64,000 nt of DNA from Trichoplax adhaerens (taxonomy: Eukaryota; Animalia; Placozoa). Every line of letters begins with the position of its first letter. Positions within the stretch are counted from its first letter, which is position 1. Below are positions 28,901 to 42,559 of the stretch, one piece after another. The stretch is from contig NW_002060962.1 in the NCBI RefSeq assembly GCF_000150275.1, positions 124,001 to 188,000 of the forward strand, written 5' to 3'. The translations under genes were made by a program, and so were the position numbers. The notes beneath the pieces are model-generated. The model did not search any database and was not told the DNA's origin. It saw only the letters and a list, made by a program, of their open reading frames with translations.

Positions 28901-30058
28901 AAATCATGAATACAGGCATAAAGTATTCCTTGTACCGTAATTGATTTCACCTTAGGGATTGTGTAGATTGTAAGAAGTTTACACTAGCAGAATTCGATCT
29001 CTGTTATTCAATTTTGACTTACTTTCAAGTTGGTTATGCTTGCGGCAACATCTTTTGTAATGAGACCAGGAGAGCATTTTGTCGCTAACCAACGCAGACA
29101 AGCGTAAAATTTCGCCTAGATAAGAGAGAAGGTGAATTGAAATAGAGCGTGAATCCATTTTTGAGCAATTTGCGTTGACAAGGACACGATTGATGTCATT
29201 TTAACATTAGATCCTGTTATGCTGTCAATATCTATTGTAAAATTGCTGGATATTGCAAAGTTCTCATTTCATTATATCGTTATGAACAGCAATGATGGTG
29301 TTGATACATGTTTATCAATACAATCGTTTAAGAAGAGTGACAACACTGTCTGAGCAATTTTGGATTACGTTCAAGTCTCAATTTATTTAATTTTGTTTTA
29401 TTGTAATATCTAGTGTCCAATCGTTGGATCTTGCGATATTATCATTCTATTACTAGTAGCAAAAAGAGTGTAAAAATACAATCTTCTTTGGATAAACAAT
29501 TCTGCTAATAGACAGTAAGTTATTTTGGATTGTATTGAAGTCTTGATTGGTTTTAACTTGTCTAATGTGACAAAAATAAGTACTGTTGTATTAGTAGAGT
29601 ACGTTAGTGGAATAAGAGTATGGTTGGCAGTAAGTGGAAGAGTGGTGGAAACTTTCAAGTGGAGAATATGTTGACAATTTTGAAGGGCATCTTGACGAAT
29701 ATATAAGATTATGATTCTTGTAAGGTTCTTAACATGATTGCATTACCAAGGCCATATCTATCGTCTACTCTGCTATACTGTATTTTCAAGTAGGTTGATA
29801 ACATTTTCAACAGTAAGACACTGTGTCTAATCTCGTTAGCAAGAGTACAGTATTTGTATTTGTATTGAATCATCATCTGAATTTATGCAGTGATGGTAGG
29901 AATTGAACATCTAGCAAAGAGATGAATCCGGATGATTAGACTGCTATACCAACTACTAGCTCATACTCGACGCGTAGATACAAGTTTTTTTTAATTTTTT
30001 TTTATTTTTTTTTTACCTTGATTGGATCGTACTGGTTGACTGAGACGATTTGTGCCAT
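19997..30058 (-). CDS. CAMSAP: CAMSAP/Patronin microtubule minus-end-binding protein (CH, coiled coils, CKK)
   Basis: First exon MAQIVSVNQYDPIK (30017-30058) splices in phase 0 to AKFYACLRWL (~29001-29116). CH-domain exons lie at ~24760-24990, 24477-24562, 24097-24320 (LEEALLTWIN...DLGSGCCLAAVISYY) and 23290-23480 (NIVAFLSEFF). A large exon at ~21995-23165 carries the CC1-like RQAITAQDEELKRQF. CKK exons encode KSNKKVLINAL..CLAG.VN, FMVLFRD...FRGLY, GTGP and KQFREIPSKVLSVSVDAF (19997-21071). Confidence 0.92.
20280..20316. repeat. Near-perfect 17-bp inverted repeat (hairpin) in the last CAMSAP intron
   Basis: taccatggacctctaga-gat-tctagaggtccacggta, with one mismatch and a 3-nt loop. Confidence 0.8.
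26010..26590. repeat. Degenerate ~120-140-bp tandem repeat in a CAMSAP intron
   Basis: ttgaaa.ggattataactt..aga.tttag recurs at ~26040, 26190, 26326, 26450 and 26567. Confidence 0.6.
28200..28650. repeat. ~154-bp tandem duplication (two near-identical units plus one diverged) in a CAMSAP intron
   Basis: tacaagtataccgggtatg...gacaagaataacaaactcttttgtggtaggaattagccatactgtatgtagacgtttattgttccacact at ~28358 and ~28512. Confidence 0.85.
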
Positions 30059-30369
30059 TGGTAATCAATTTTGAATGTCAACTTTCTCTTCAATCTTGGA
30101 CGATCTTGCGCGTTTACAAGTGATGATATCAATTGCATTCGTAAGTCAATCAATTGCCTTGTAGGATATTTTACACGTGAAGTAACGTTGGCGAATATTA
30201 GCTCCAATTGAAGTTGCAAATCATATAGAACCTATGCTAGCGCAGTTGTTAATTGTATTGTAGTGAATCAAAGCGTTGAAGACGTTTGAGATTTAAATCT
30301 TACGACACGAATCAGCCAGCAAATGGCCAAGTCAATGGATCGAGATTGGACCAGCTGTTACAGTAGTGA

Positions 30370-31260
30370 TTCAGACTTTGACAACGTACAGTATGATCAG
30401 GGCTAATGGTCACCTAGTCAGGGACTACTGTACAGTACAGTATTGGATTGGCAAGAATCCAGTACTTTACACTGTACAGTACAGTGGTTTGTATTGTACT
30501 CCAGGGAGTACGGTACTGTAAATTCCAGGTTCTCAGACTTTGACACCGTACTGTACAGTATGATCAGGGCTAATGGTCACCTACTGTACTGTACTGTAGT
30601 CAGGGACTATTGGATTGGAAAGAATCCAGTATTGTACACTGTACAGTACAGTGGTTTGTATTGTACTCCAGGGCGTACTGTACTGTAGGCGAGCTATAAA
30701 TTTCAGGTTCTCAGACTTTGACAACGTACAGTACAGTACTGTATGATCACGGCTAATGGTCGCCTAGTCAGGGACTATTAGATTGGAAAGAATCCAGTAC
30801 TGTACCAGTAGACTACAGTACATGTATGTCCAACTTTGAACACTGTACTCTACTGTAGGTCAGCTATAAATTCCAGGTTCTCAGGCTTTGACAACGTACA
30901 GTATGATCAGGGCTAATGGTCACCTGGTCAGGGACTATTGGATAGGAAAGAATCCAGTACTGTACACTGTACAGTACAGTGGTTTGTATTGTACTCCAGG
31001 GCGTACTGTACTGTACTGCACACTGTACAGTATGTCAAACTTTGAATACTGTACTGTAGGCGAGCTATAAATTCCAGGCTCTCAGACTTTGACAACGTAC
31101 TGTACTGTATTGTACTGTACACAGGGACTACTGGAATAATTGGATTGGAAAGAATCCAGTACTGTACAGTACAGTGGTTTGTATTGTACTCCAGGATCAA
31201 GTGTACTGTACTAGTAGACTACAGTATAGCAAAACTTTGAATACTATACAGTACAGTACT
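30370..31260. repeat. Minisatellite of about 5 units of 160-200 bp with embedded (TACTG/CAGTA)n tracts
   Basis: cagactttgacaacgtacagtatgatcagggctaatggtcacc...gattggaaagaatccagt starts at ~30372, 30534, 30712, 30882 and 31083. Confidence 0.9.
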
Positions 31261-31315
31261 GTATTTCGCACTGGACAGTATTACACAGGGGCGTGTAAAA
31301 TGGGAAATGTCTTAC

Positions 31316-31384
31316 CAAATGCCAATCGCTTTTTTCTCCCTTTAACAACAAGTCATGCAGATTGATGATGGTTGCAGAAAGCAT
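31316..31384 (-). CDS. Putative alternative first coding exon of CAMSAP
   Basis: The ATG frame MLSATIINLHDLLLKGEKSDWHL ends at a strong phase-0 GTAAGA donor compatible with exon 2 (AKFYACLRW). Confidence 0.45.
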
Positions 31385-32219
31385 CAGGCATGGATGGGAC
31401 AACTGATTTTGCACGCCTATGAGTATACCAAAAGTATGTATATACACTTGTACACAGTAAATCGGCTATTTTGCTAGCCGTTTCCAATGGACCGCATGGC
31501 TGCAATGGTTGACGATATTGTACGATCGACCATTGTCATGTAGTTTTACACACTGTACTTCAAAGACAGAGAGACGGTCGTGTTTTAAACGGATTGAACT
31601 GGAGACGGATTAATCCGGCAGCAGGAAACAGTCAACGAATAGAAAAATCAAAGCTTGCATGAGTTGCATCCAATTTTGAACTAGCTTATTATGGCGTACT
31701 ACTCATACAGGGTCTCCATACAGGCTCTCTAGTGTACAGCTATCCATAGCGACTGGTGAGAGAGTTCAAAGTCCCTGTTGAAGGAGTCTTGCAATCACAT
31801 TCGTTGTAAGCAATTTCATGCCATTTTACGTATTATACAAAGTAGTTTATAATAATATCACGGTTAACTTACTGTAGACTCCATTCCAGCGGAGACGAGA
31901 CAGGAGGGGGCGAAATTGACTACAGCACTGTCCCCCCCAAAATAAGAATAATATTATGATGATGATTACATTACTTATCAACGCAAACTACGCTATCCAC
32001 CTACTGTACTTTCGTTAGTCTTCATGGACAGTTGTGTGCGCATATGAATTCAATCATTACGGTTAGAAAGAAGTTCAACCATTTTACAGGTCATTTCCTG
32101 TCTCTATAACGGTGCTACACAGTATGCTAATCGATAGCATTTTTTCGCATTCGATTGATCAAAAATTGCCTACTTGAAAGTACTGCACGATGACTGTCGT
32201 TAAGAGCAGGGACTATCAT

Positions 32220-33381
32220 GCTTGGAGTTTACCTGCACGTGCAAGAGACCAACTCTATCTGTAATTGTAGACCATAGACTGTCAACTGTACAGTTTACAC
32301 TATACCAAATACTTGGCCATTTTGCCAATGTGTGTCATTTCAATGGGCACTTTAAATATCAAATGACTTTCCACACACCCTGTTCATATTGAAAAATAGT
32401 TATACTGCAGTTTGATGCAAGATCAATACGCCAAGAAGAGAGTCTTGGAGTTGACCTACACGTGCAACAGGCTAACTCTATCTGCAATTTTAGACCATAG
32501 ACTGTACAGTCTACACTATAATACAAGCCATTTTGAAAAATAATTGGACTGTACTTTGATGCAAGATCAATACGCCAAGAAGAGTCTTGGAGTTGACCTA
32601 CACGTGCAACAGGCTAACTCTATCTGCAATTTTAGACCATAGACTGTACAGTCTACACTATAATACAAGCCATTTTGGAAAAAATAATTGGACTGTACTT
32701 TGATGCAAGATCAATACGCCAAGAAGAGAGTCTTGGAGTTGACCTACACATGCAACAGGCTAACTCTATCTGCAATTTTAGACCATAGACTGCACAGTCT
32801 ACACTATAATACAAGCCATTTTGGAAAAAATAATTGGACAGTACTTTGATGCAAGATCAATACGCCAAAAAGAGAGTCTTGGAGTTGACCTACACGTACA
32901 AGAGTCTAACTCTATCTGCAATTTTAGACCATAGACTGTACAGCCTACACCATAATAGCCAAGCCATTTTGAAAAATAATTGGACTGTATTTTGATGCAA
33001 GATCAATGCGCCAAGAAGAGTCTTGGAGTTGACCTACACGTGCAAGAGACTAACTCTATCTGCAATTTTAGACCATAGGCTGTCGACTGTCTACACTATA
33101 ATAGCCAAGCCATTTTGAAAAATAATTCGACTGTACAGTACATACTGTTTCATAACATTTTGTCACTTTCGGGCAATATTTTTCTTTAAAAATACAGTAC
33201 TTTGATGCAAGATCAATACGCCAAAAAGAGAGCCTTGGAGTTGACCTACACGTACAAGAGACTAACTCTATCTGCAATTTTAGACCATAGACTGTACAGC
33301 CTACACCATAATAGCCAAGCCATTTTGAAAAATATTCCGACTGTACTTTGATGCAAGATCAATCCGCCAAAAAGAGAGTCG
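32220..33381. repeat. Tandem array of ~145-bp units (about 7.5 copies) upstream of TTC39C
   Basis: gatgcaagatcaat starts at 32414, 32558, 32702, 32848, 32994, 33204 and 33350. Units are nearly identical, one carries a ~64-bp insertion, and a degenerate unit begins at ~32220. Confidence 0.95.
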
Positions 33382-33833
33382 TGCACTGACGGTAAGTGCA
33401 TTCTGTAAAACTCGCATAATGGCTTATTGTACGGTACCAGCCATTGATTCCAACTTGACCCAGTTGCTTTGTTAAGATGGATTGTTGCTCTACTTCTTTG
33501 TACTCTTTTTTGACGTCAGACTTGATGCATCACACGGTTAAAGGCGTCGAGCAGTATTCATAGGCTGCGCAATAGTGGTTGACGAGAGTCATCCAAGTCA
33601 AGATATCCATTGACTGGGTTGAAAAAATACTTGATAAAATTGAAAGGAGAATAAGTAAGATATTGTCCATTTCTTCTCCATTCTACTTTATACTGGATAG
33701 AGGAAGATTCATGTAATATTGATAGGCATCATTTCTATCTTCATTTGTAAGGGGCAAAGGCGAAGAAACGGCAGGAAAAAAAAAATTTCAATCATTCTAG
33801 TCAAATCAAATAGCAACAACAACAACCTTCATC

Positions 33834-36800
33834 ATGGAGTCAAGTGATAGCGATGTACCTAAAGCAACCTACAATATCGATGAGGCGTTCTTAGCCAGTG
33901 AAGGAATTAAAATGATGATTAACAATAATTTTAACCAAGCAGAGCAATTATTCGACAAATACAGGTAAGTTATTTCTTCTTCTCCTTGTCTATCAAATTG
34001 AAAAAGAATAATTGACACAGCAAAGTGCTATTTGACATAAAGCACTTGCAAAAGTTCTCTACTCCCATCCTAGCTAGACACAGTCAAAATAGACAATCAC
34101 CGCCTTCAACTAACGTTACAAAGTACAGTAGACGCTTACCGAGCGATGCTATCTGTCTTGACAACGTTCTTTGACTTCTCTACCTTGAATGATTGCAGTA
34201 AATGCCTCAATGAAATTACCTATCCATCAACCATGAGCGATTATTTTCTTCCACTCTTTCCTGACTACCAATAATTCATAAATTACTCAATGAAATTGAC
34301 TATTGATGAGCGCTGGCAGTCTATTTTCTTTTACACTCCTGCATGAATTGATCAATCAATTGGTCAATGAAATGTTCACTTCATTCTCTCTGACTTTTCT
34401 ACCTTAATGTAATGTCTAATCAGTGGATTACTCTGGTCCGCTTTCTTTGACCCCTTCCTTACTGTAAGAGATGAAATTTTGCCTTTCAAAGAACTATTGC
34501 AGCCTATTGGCTTACACACCTTGCTTCAGTGTGATCATTTGCTCAATGAAATTGGCTATTCCGATCCGTTTTCTTTCATTCCTCTACCAATAATAAACGA
34601 CTTTATGAAATTTTCTATCACTCAATTATTTCAAGGATCCGCTATCTTTCACCCCCCTCTTCTTAGTGCAATAAAATTTGCTCCAATGAAAATTACTCTA
34701 CAGAACTATTGCAGCCCTATTTCCTTGACTCCTTCCTTACTCCAATAATTTAGCTCAATGGAATTTGTTATTAACAAACTATTGCAGTCTATTTTCTTTG
34801 ATTCCTCTTTACCTTAATGTAATAAATTACTTAATGAAATTGTCTATTGACGAAGAGTTCTGGCCTATTTTTCTGTTTATTTTGGGACTCCCTTCTTTAG
34901 TGTGTTCAATTGCCCAAATGAAATTTCTCAGGAATAAACTATTCCAATTTATTTTCTTTCAGTCTCCACTTAGTAGAATAAATTGCTCAATGCAATTTAC
35001 TGATAATGAACTACACTAGGTCATTTTTCTTGCTTATTATTCGTAATTGTGACGACCTAACCGCAAAGGCAAAATTGTATCTTTGCCTTTCCTCCTGAAA
35101 TGTCGGCGATTAAATCATCTACACGTAGATATCTATTGCGTGCGACTATTTTTGTTCATTATCGACGGTAGTTTATTAAGGGTTAAGAAAGCCAGAGACA
35201 CGAACAGTACTGTATATTCCATATGGAATAGGCGGAACAATCACACAAGATATCTAATTGATAAGATTACTTTTATACTGTACAGGATGTACTTAATTCA
35301 GCGAGGAGTACAAGTCATAAAATCGTTAACCAATTTAATCATCTACTACAATCAAGTACATTGAACACTTACACGTATAGCGTCCAACTTTCTTTCTTTT
35401 ACCCATAGAGATACAAGTATAAATATTATTTCTGAAAGTTTTTTTTGATATCTCTACGACTTTACCATACGTATAAAAATTTTGCCACTACAACAGTAAT
35501 ATGGCTTTACTTACTGGTGCGCGTAGTTTCTTTTCATAATTATCGTTACGTCTTCATTAAGAAAATTCTCCCGCTTCTCAAATGACTAAAACTAATACAG
35601 CCGATCTTGGCATGAACGTGATTATGATGATCAGAATCTTGAGCAACTCTAGTCATCGCGATTTATTTATTATACGTTCAAAAATGAGTTAACAGTTCTG
35701 TCGACAAACACGCTACTATACGGCATAACTTTTTGAACCTATTACATTTAATGAATTCAATTTCACTTCATTAAGATGCATTGACTAATGAATTTTATCC
35801 ATCAGAACATTATTTCTTTAAAAAAATACAACTATCATAAAATGTTGTCTAGTTTCGTCTCTTTTTACCTGTTTGTACTGCATTGTTATACGGGACAGTA
35901 CTTGCAGCTCTTATTTTTTTTTTATCGTTGGCGATGCGAAGGCACAATTAAAAAGTAGCTTACAATTGTCGTCAATTTTTAATCGTACTATTTTAGCTGT
36001 TAATAGGAAATGCTGTTATACTACCATTTAAATCTTTGAATACAGATGATTAGACAGGTATCCATTTTTCGTACCGTGTCATAATTATTCTTAATGACTC
36101 AGTCAAAATACCTTTGAACTATGGAGGTTAACAAGAAACTTGAAAATAATAAACGCCTTACTATTTTTCTTATCACAATCGACTATACTGTACTGTACAC
36201 TATGTACAGTAAGGCATACGGGAACTGTAAAATTAATGCTGTTGTGATTCTACGATATTAATTTCAAAAAGATAACAAAGGCTACTCAATAATTTCCTTA
36301 AAAGATCTAGTACTGTAGTCTCTGACCCATCCTACATGTATGGACGCGTAATAATTTTTCATTTTGGATCTGCTAATACAGTATACTTTGCAGCAGTGTT
36401 TTGCAGTCAGAATGTACGGTAGTTGTAATCTATTATTATTACATTATTGATTGGTAGACTTGAGGGATCATTTTCTATAGATTAACACACAGTGATACGA
36501 ATATCATCATCGGTTTAACGAATACAATGCAAAAGTCTTTACAGGATAATTCATCTTTATACGGCTATCTCACTATTGATAGCGAATATCCTTCAGTGAT
36601 CAGTGATAGCTAGTAATGAAATCTCCTTGACATTGCACTTAACAGCAATTCTACTGTATATTAAAAGTAGAGTACGCCGGCTTATTAAACAAATTATGAA
36701 TATAGTGATGAGAGATAACTATAATTGTAGTCTATTAATTAAAGACCAGCTTAATAGATGAAATTAGATATTGTAAAGTAAAAATTAATTCTACTAATGT

Positions 36801-39800
36801 CAGCGCTTTTCAATTCGTCCTTCATTCCAGTTTGCACTTATATGAGAAACGGCGTTTGAATGAAGCGTGGATTTACGCACAGTAGAACTCTTTTTAACAC
36901 TGACTGTTGTATCATTTAAAATTATGCCCTACAAAAGTCATAAATACTGTAAGGAAATGATGTTCGAACTAAATATCCCCTTCTAGATTGAATAACTAGC
37001 TGTTTACTCGCGTCTCACACTATTTAAAGAGTCAAAAATTGAATGTACTGTAGTGCGCGATCTGTTTGATATATTTTATTATAATTATCAATTGGATCGT
37101 GCATAATTATTATCTGGTGATTTATTTACTGTAGGTGTTCGCTACAAGGTACCATTGTGATTATCATAAACACAAATGAGCAAACTATGATATTAACGAT
37201 AAATTAAGGCAAGAACAACAACTCATAGGTACCATACCTGCAAAATGTTGAATAAAAAGTGATGTATTTTTCTCCATTTTTTTTACACTTCCAATTTACA
37301 AACTAAAAGATTGGAGTAATAACTTCGTTAGACAATCGAATTGACGAAATTCTTTAGAAATGTTTGTCTCAATGGATGATCATCAGTCTCATTCTAGGGC
37401 CTCTAATCTCTCTTTTTTATCATACCTTTATGATTGTATTCAATGTCAAAGACTACATCAGCAAGAATGGCTTATTCACCTTTTATATTTAATCAAATTT
37501 AATATCGAGAGTGTTCGAATCGTATCTTACATTTTACAAGATTACCATGTTTTAAATTAGTAAGAAAAAATTATGCAAGCTTTAGAACTGATCAATTTAT
37601 CGAAGTTAGTATGCAGAATTAAAAAATGGAGAAATGTAAGATAAAGACGCTCTCGTAATAATCATACGGAAAATAAATCTAAACAGGACTGTCGCGATTA
37701 TGCATCTAGAATACTTTTTTCGTTAGAGTATAGGAATGTAATGATCATGATGTCAATGGAATATATCAGAAAATTGTTCAATTAAATGACTTTGGATAAT
37801 TTTAGCGCTATAAATTCCTTTAAAATAGTTGTTGCAGTTAGCTTAAATGTAAGACTCCGTTTGTAATTGCTATCGTATCCATAGTAAGATACTGTGTACA
37901 GTTGATTTACGTATATACGATATATTTGTTGGGTGATTTATTTCGTAATGGTCCACGAAATGAATTAATACGAGTATAGTAGCGGAATATGATTAATATT
38001 GCCTCCTAAAGTAATAAATTTATGCATTATTACGAAAGTAATAGTAATGTGGTACGTAAGATAGGGTATCATAAAGTATTGATTTACGATCAGGTGTATC
38101 ATCACATTAATGATTCAATCATCAATAAATATACAATCAAAAACGAATGTAAATCGACGTAATCATAAGCAAACTATTTTGGACGCAATAAATTCTCTGA
38201 GATTGCACCTGCTGTAACTTAATCTCTAACATAATGTAATGTTTATTGTTTTACACGATGAGGATACCAATTTATAATATTGAGAGGACTGTTTTAAAAT
38301 ACAAATAGTATAATTTATAATTTATTATAATTTATGAATAAATTTTGGTAAGTCATAGTAATAAAATATTTATCATCTGTTCTCATCATACATCCTTGTA
38401 GAGATTTTACTCCTCTTATGCACGCTGGCTCAAGTTTTATGTTATTCATGGTAAGGCAATAGCTTTGTTGTTACTGTAATGTAATACAAATAATACAAAA
38501 AATTTATCGCGATTACAGTATATTCGCATCGACCTTAAAAATTTTTGACAATATTATGTAGAAAGTGAAGTTTTACGATCCTTGTTTTATCTGTATATTA
38601 AAATAATATTATCGCTTAAACACGTCAGATAAAATCTAAAATTTAAGAATAGTAATATCTACGTTATAAAATTTTAAGTTATTAATAGTAGTATCATGGT
38701 TACGTATTTTTATGGTAAAAGGTAACGCCATCATTAAAATTTTAAATACCATTTTGATAGAATGCCATAATTACGTTTGAAGATGAAAAGTTAGATTTGG
38801 CTTTGAAAAGCCTAAAAGCAACTGAAAAATTATGCCAAATGGAAGAAAACACACTATTCAAGTCTATTAGTCGCTCTTTTAGGAAAAAGGAAGCCCCGAT
38901 TGACGAGTTACCTTTACCAGAGCGACTTCAACGTTATGTAATTATTGCTGATTGTTCTCTATACATGGCAATTCTTACTTTTGTACGCCAAGGCATTACC
39001 AGTTATATTAAAGGTGGTCTAATGCTTCGCAAAGCTTGGAAAACCTACGAAAAATGTTATAAAATGATTAACGATATGAGCAAAGCTGAAAGTGATAGTA
39101 CTTCTCCAAATATTATTATCAATGACAGTTCAATTCGTAGCGGAGCTGATAGTGCTACTTCTGATATTATGAAAGATTCAGATCGAGCTAGCGATGAATG
39201 CTTTGAAGAGATACAAGCAGATAACGGCAACAATGATGATGTATCAACATCTTCTTTAGCAAATGAAGATAATAATCCTACAGTAGATCCTGATGATAAA
39301 TTCGAAGAGATTCAGAGTGAAAATGATCCCAACTCAAAAGGCGACTCAACAGAAAAGCAATTTCAAGTCCTAAACACTGTAGGTTCTATCCACTTGGATC
39401 AAAGACGACAACCAAAATGCTACATAACTTTGGATTGCTTTTAATCAAAATTACTTATGTTTTAATGCTATAAAACTTTACTTTAATCTAATATTCAATC
39501 ACGAATAACAAGTGAAGATATTGTATCACTAATTCTTTAGTTATACTTTTTGTAATTATATAATGTAATGAATTGCTAAAATCTAGCTTGCATCGTGTCA
39601 CATATAGGAGGAAACACGTGATACTAAAACCATAGAACGATTGAAAGGTGCTATTTTCTTTGGCTATGGCTTATTTAATGTTTGCATATCGTTAATTCCG
39701 CCGAGAGTAGTTAGACTTGCCCAGATATTTGGATTTGGTGGAAATAGAGAGATGGGCATTAAATGCTTGGAATTTTCTAGCAGGACATCTGATATGAAAG

Positions 39801-42073
39801 CTCCTTTGGCTAAGTAAATAAATCTCAATTAATTTTGATATTTAATTAATTCCTTTTGAATTGATAGCTACGTGTGTACTGATACAGAAATTATTTTTTT
39901 ATGATTGATAGATTGGCATTATTATGGTATCATGTTATTATTAGGCCATTTTATGGACTAGATGGAACAGATCTAGCGGCTGGTAATAAATATGATCAAC
40001 ATACAACAATATCCAATTTCAGAGTTAATCCCAACCAGTAATATACTGTACACAGATAGTTTGTTCTTACAATACGATATGTATTGCCTGAGTTTTTTAC
40101 TATAAACCTTGATTAGGTATCGGGGAAGCAGAACGGATCATAGCAGAATCAAAAGAATATGAAGAATCAGCTTTATTTTTGTTCTTCCAAGGGCGAGTTC
40201 GTAGAATCCAGGTAAGTTAAAATTTAAAGTTCATATTTAGCTTGCAATTAATTTTTAGGTTCAGCGTATTTGGTAGCTATTTCATGCAGTGTATCAGATT
40301 ATAAATCTACCCTTTTAAATTCGTTTAAAAAGAAAGCAATCCACTTTGGATAACTTGAAATTCATTAATCAATTATAATTATTACAGAAGGATATATTAG
40401 GTTCTTTAGATGCTTTTAACACTGCTGTACAAGTGGCAAAAGAGCAAACTGCAATCCAGCAGTTATGCTGCTACGAGAGAGGTACTTTGAATAGCATATT
40501 AAAATAGAGATAACGCTTCAAGTAGAAATTTTCTTACAATTTTATAGGTGTACAGTTAGGTACTGTATATTCGTTTCTTTCTATTATTGAGTTGATTCGA
40601 CTTTTTAATCTAACAGGATGGTGTCACATGATTAATATGAATTGGCCGTCAGCTGTTCCTGAATTTGTTCTGTATGTTGTTTTATATGCAATATAACGCC
40701 TCTTCCAATACATCAAAATAGTTTTTGTTATACATTTTGCTGTAATTTATTACAGTTTAAAGAAAGAGTCTCGTTGGTCTCAATCGTATTATACCTATCT
40801 AGCAGCTAGTAAGTATTCTTCCCCGTTGTCTTTACAAAACTTAATTTCCATGTTGTAAATTATTATCACTTTTTCATTAGTAACACTAGGTGCATCCGGT
40901 AGCATGAAGCAAGCTTCTGAACAGATGAAACTAGTACCGCAGTTAGCTAGAAAGCGAGGAAACGCTCCTGAGCTATTTGTTATTCGCAAAGTAATGCTAT
41001 TTAAAAATATATCTATTTCTATTTATATAATCGGAGATAGATATTATGTATGATTCATAATGTCTTAGAAACATGGAGAAAATAGTATTAATACTTATCT
41101 TATCTTATTTGAAGGCTAATCAATATAAAGATGTAATTTTACAACCTCATAATTACGTTCTGTTGATCCTGGAAGTCATCTATTTGTGGGGAGCAATTAG
41201 GATTTGTGGTGATCACCAGCTTAGACAGTTCTTAATTGGTAATGCTACGCGGACGAGGCAGCATATTAATTTTATAAAGTGACTTATTGGAACTACACAA
41301 TACATAACTTATGCCCATAACAAGCATTCCTCTATAATTTATTAGAAACTGAAAGATCTCAAGAATCATACATATCCTCTCTACAAGTATTTATGCTGGG
41401 TATTTTACATTTACAACTACGAGATATTCAGCTGGCTGAGCAGGTAAACCAATTTTAAGACTACTCGTATACATTAGGGATTTAAATATACGTGCAATGC
41501 GGGTGTACAAATATTGTACTACTTATACGAGTATTACTGTAAACTTACAGTAGAGCATACTAATAAGGCGTCTATGCAGTTTTAACAGATTTAAGGTATT
41601 TACAAACAGCTATTTCTCTCGAAGTTTTAATTAATTCCTATTAAATAATTGTATGCTCCTTAGTATTTGAAAGAAGCAGTTCGTACCTCCAAGAAATCTC
41701 GGCAAGATAACTATATTGCACCATATGCTACTTACGAGTTAGGATTACTATTAACCGAACATGCACAGGTACAAATCACTACTATAAATTCTTTTTCTAA
41801 GCTATACAGTAAGAACGAAGTGTATTTAAATTACGTAATAACGATAATAAATCTGCCATTTTACTTGATAATTAGGGTGTAAGTCAAGGAAAATCACTTT
41901 TAAATCAAGCAAAGGTATATTTATCTACTTACTTCTAGAGTCTCTTAATAACGTAATTTCCATATCAATACTAACATGTCACTGTAACGTATATCAAGGA
42001 CAATTATAGCGGCTACGACCTGGAAAATCGATTACATTTTAGAATTCATTCGGCTTTAAGCAGATTAAAATAG
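33834..42073 (+). CDS. TTC39C: Tetratricopeptide repeat protein 39C-like, about 15 exons
   Basis: Exon 1 33834-33964 (LASEGIKMMINNNFNQAEQLFDKYR); ~38403-38450 (PLMHAGSSFMLFM); 38761-39379 (NAIITFEDEK...IIADCSLYMAILTFVRQGITSYIKGGLMLRKAWKTYEKCY); 39609-39812 (RLKGAIFFGYGLFNVCISLIPP...GFGGNR..DMKAPLA). Later exons encode LALLWYH, SALFLFFQGR, KESRWSQSYY and APYATYELG, ending GYDLENRLHFRIHSALSRLK*. Confidence 0.93.
34130..35030. repeat. Degenerate ~60-bp tandem repeat in TTC39C intron 1
   Basis: caatgaaatt...(g)cagYctattttctttgac.cct recurs more than 10 times and explains the spurious ORFs at 34479 and 34765. Confidence 0.65.
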
Positions 42074-42559
42074 AAACAAGATAAAGAATCTGTATATTTA
42101 ATTCTATACTCTGTCTGCTATGAAAGTATGCATATTCTATTCTGAAATTTTTTCAATTTTGGATTGTTTCATTACATTTAAATGATTTAATAATCTTTAT
42201 TATACCCAACTTTATAATCTATGTGGAGGAGGAAATATTTCACTCACTATTAGCACGGAATCATAAGAAATAATATGAATTTCACTTATTCCTATTTTAT
42301 ACAGTACGTCAAGCTTCGCTATAGCAGATATTACAGTATTATAGAAATCGTCGTCTATACAAAATTTATGTAAGCTGTATATCACGTTGATAAATGCTTA
42401 CATTAATCGATATATCAAATTAGCGAAAGGACTTATTTATCAAGATTTTTTTATAGTTCGACAATATATTGTCATTACGGTAATAGTAATATTTAATATC
42501 AGTAAATCAGTGTGATAAATAATGTTTAGAAGTGTAGATTTTATCTATTTATATTATCA

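Noticed and set aside
30443-31365. Cys/Tyr/Thr-rich ORFs in the ORF track
   Set aside because: They are translations of the TACTG-rich minisatellite on both strands.
32414-33381. CRISPR array
   Set aside because: Whole 145-bp units repeat with no unique spacers, there are no cas genes, and the context is eukaryotic.
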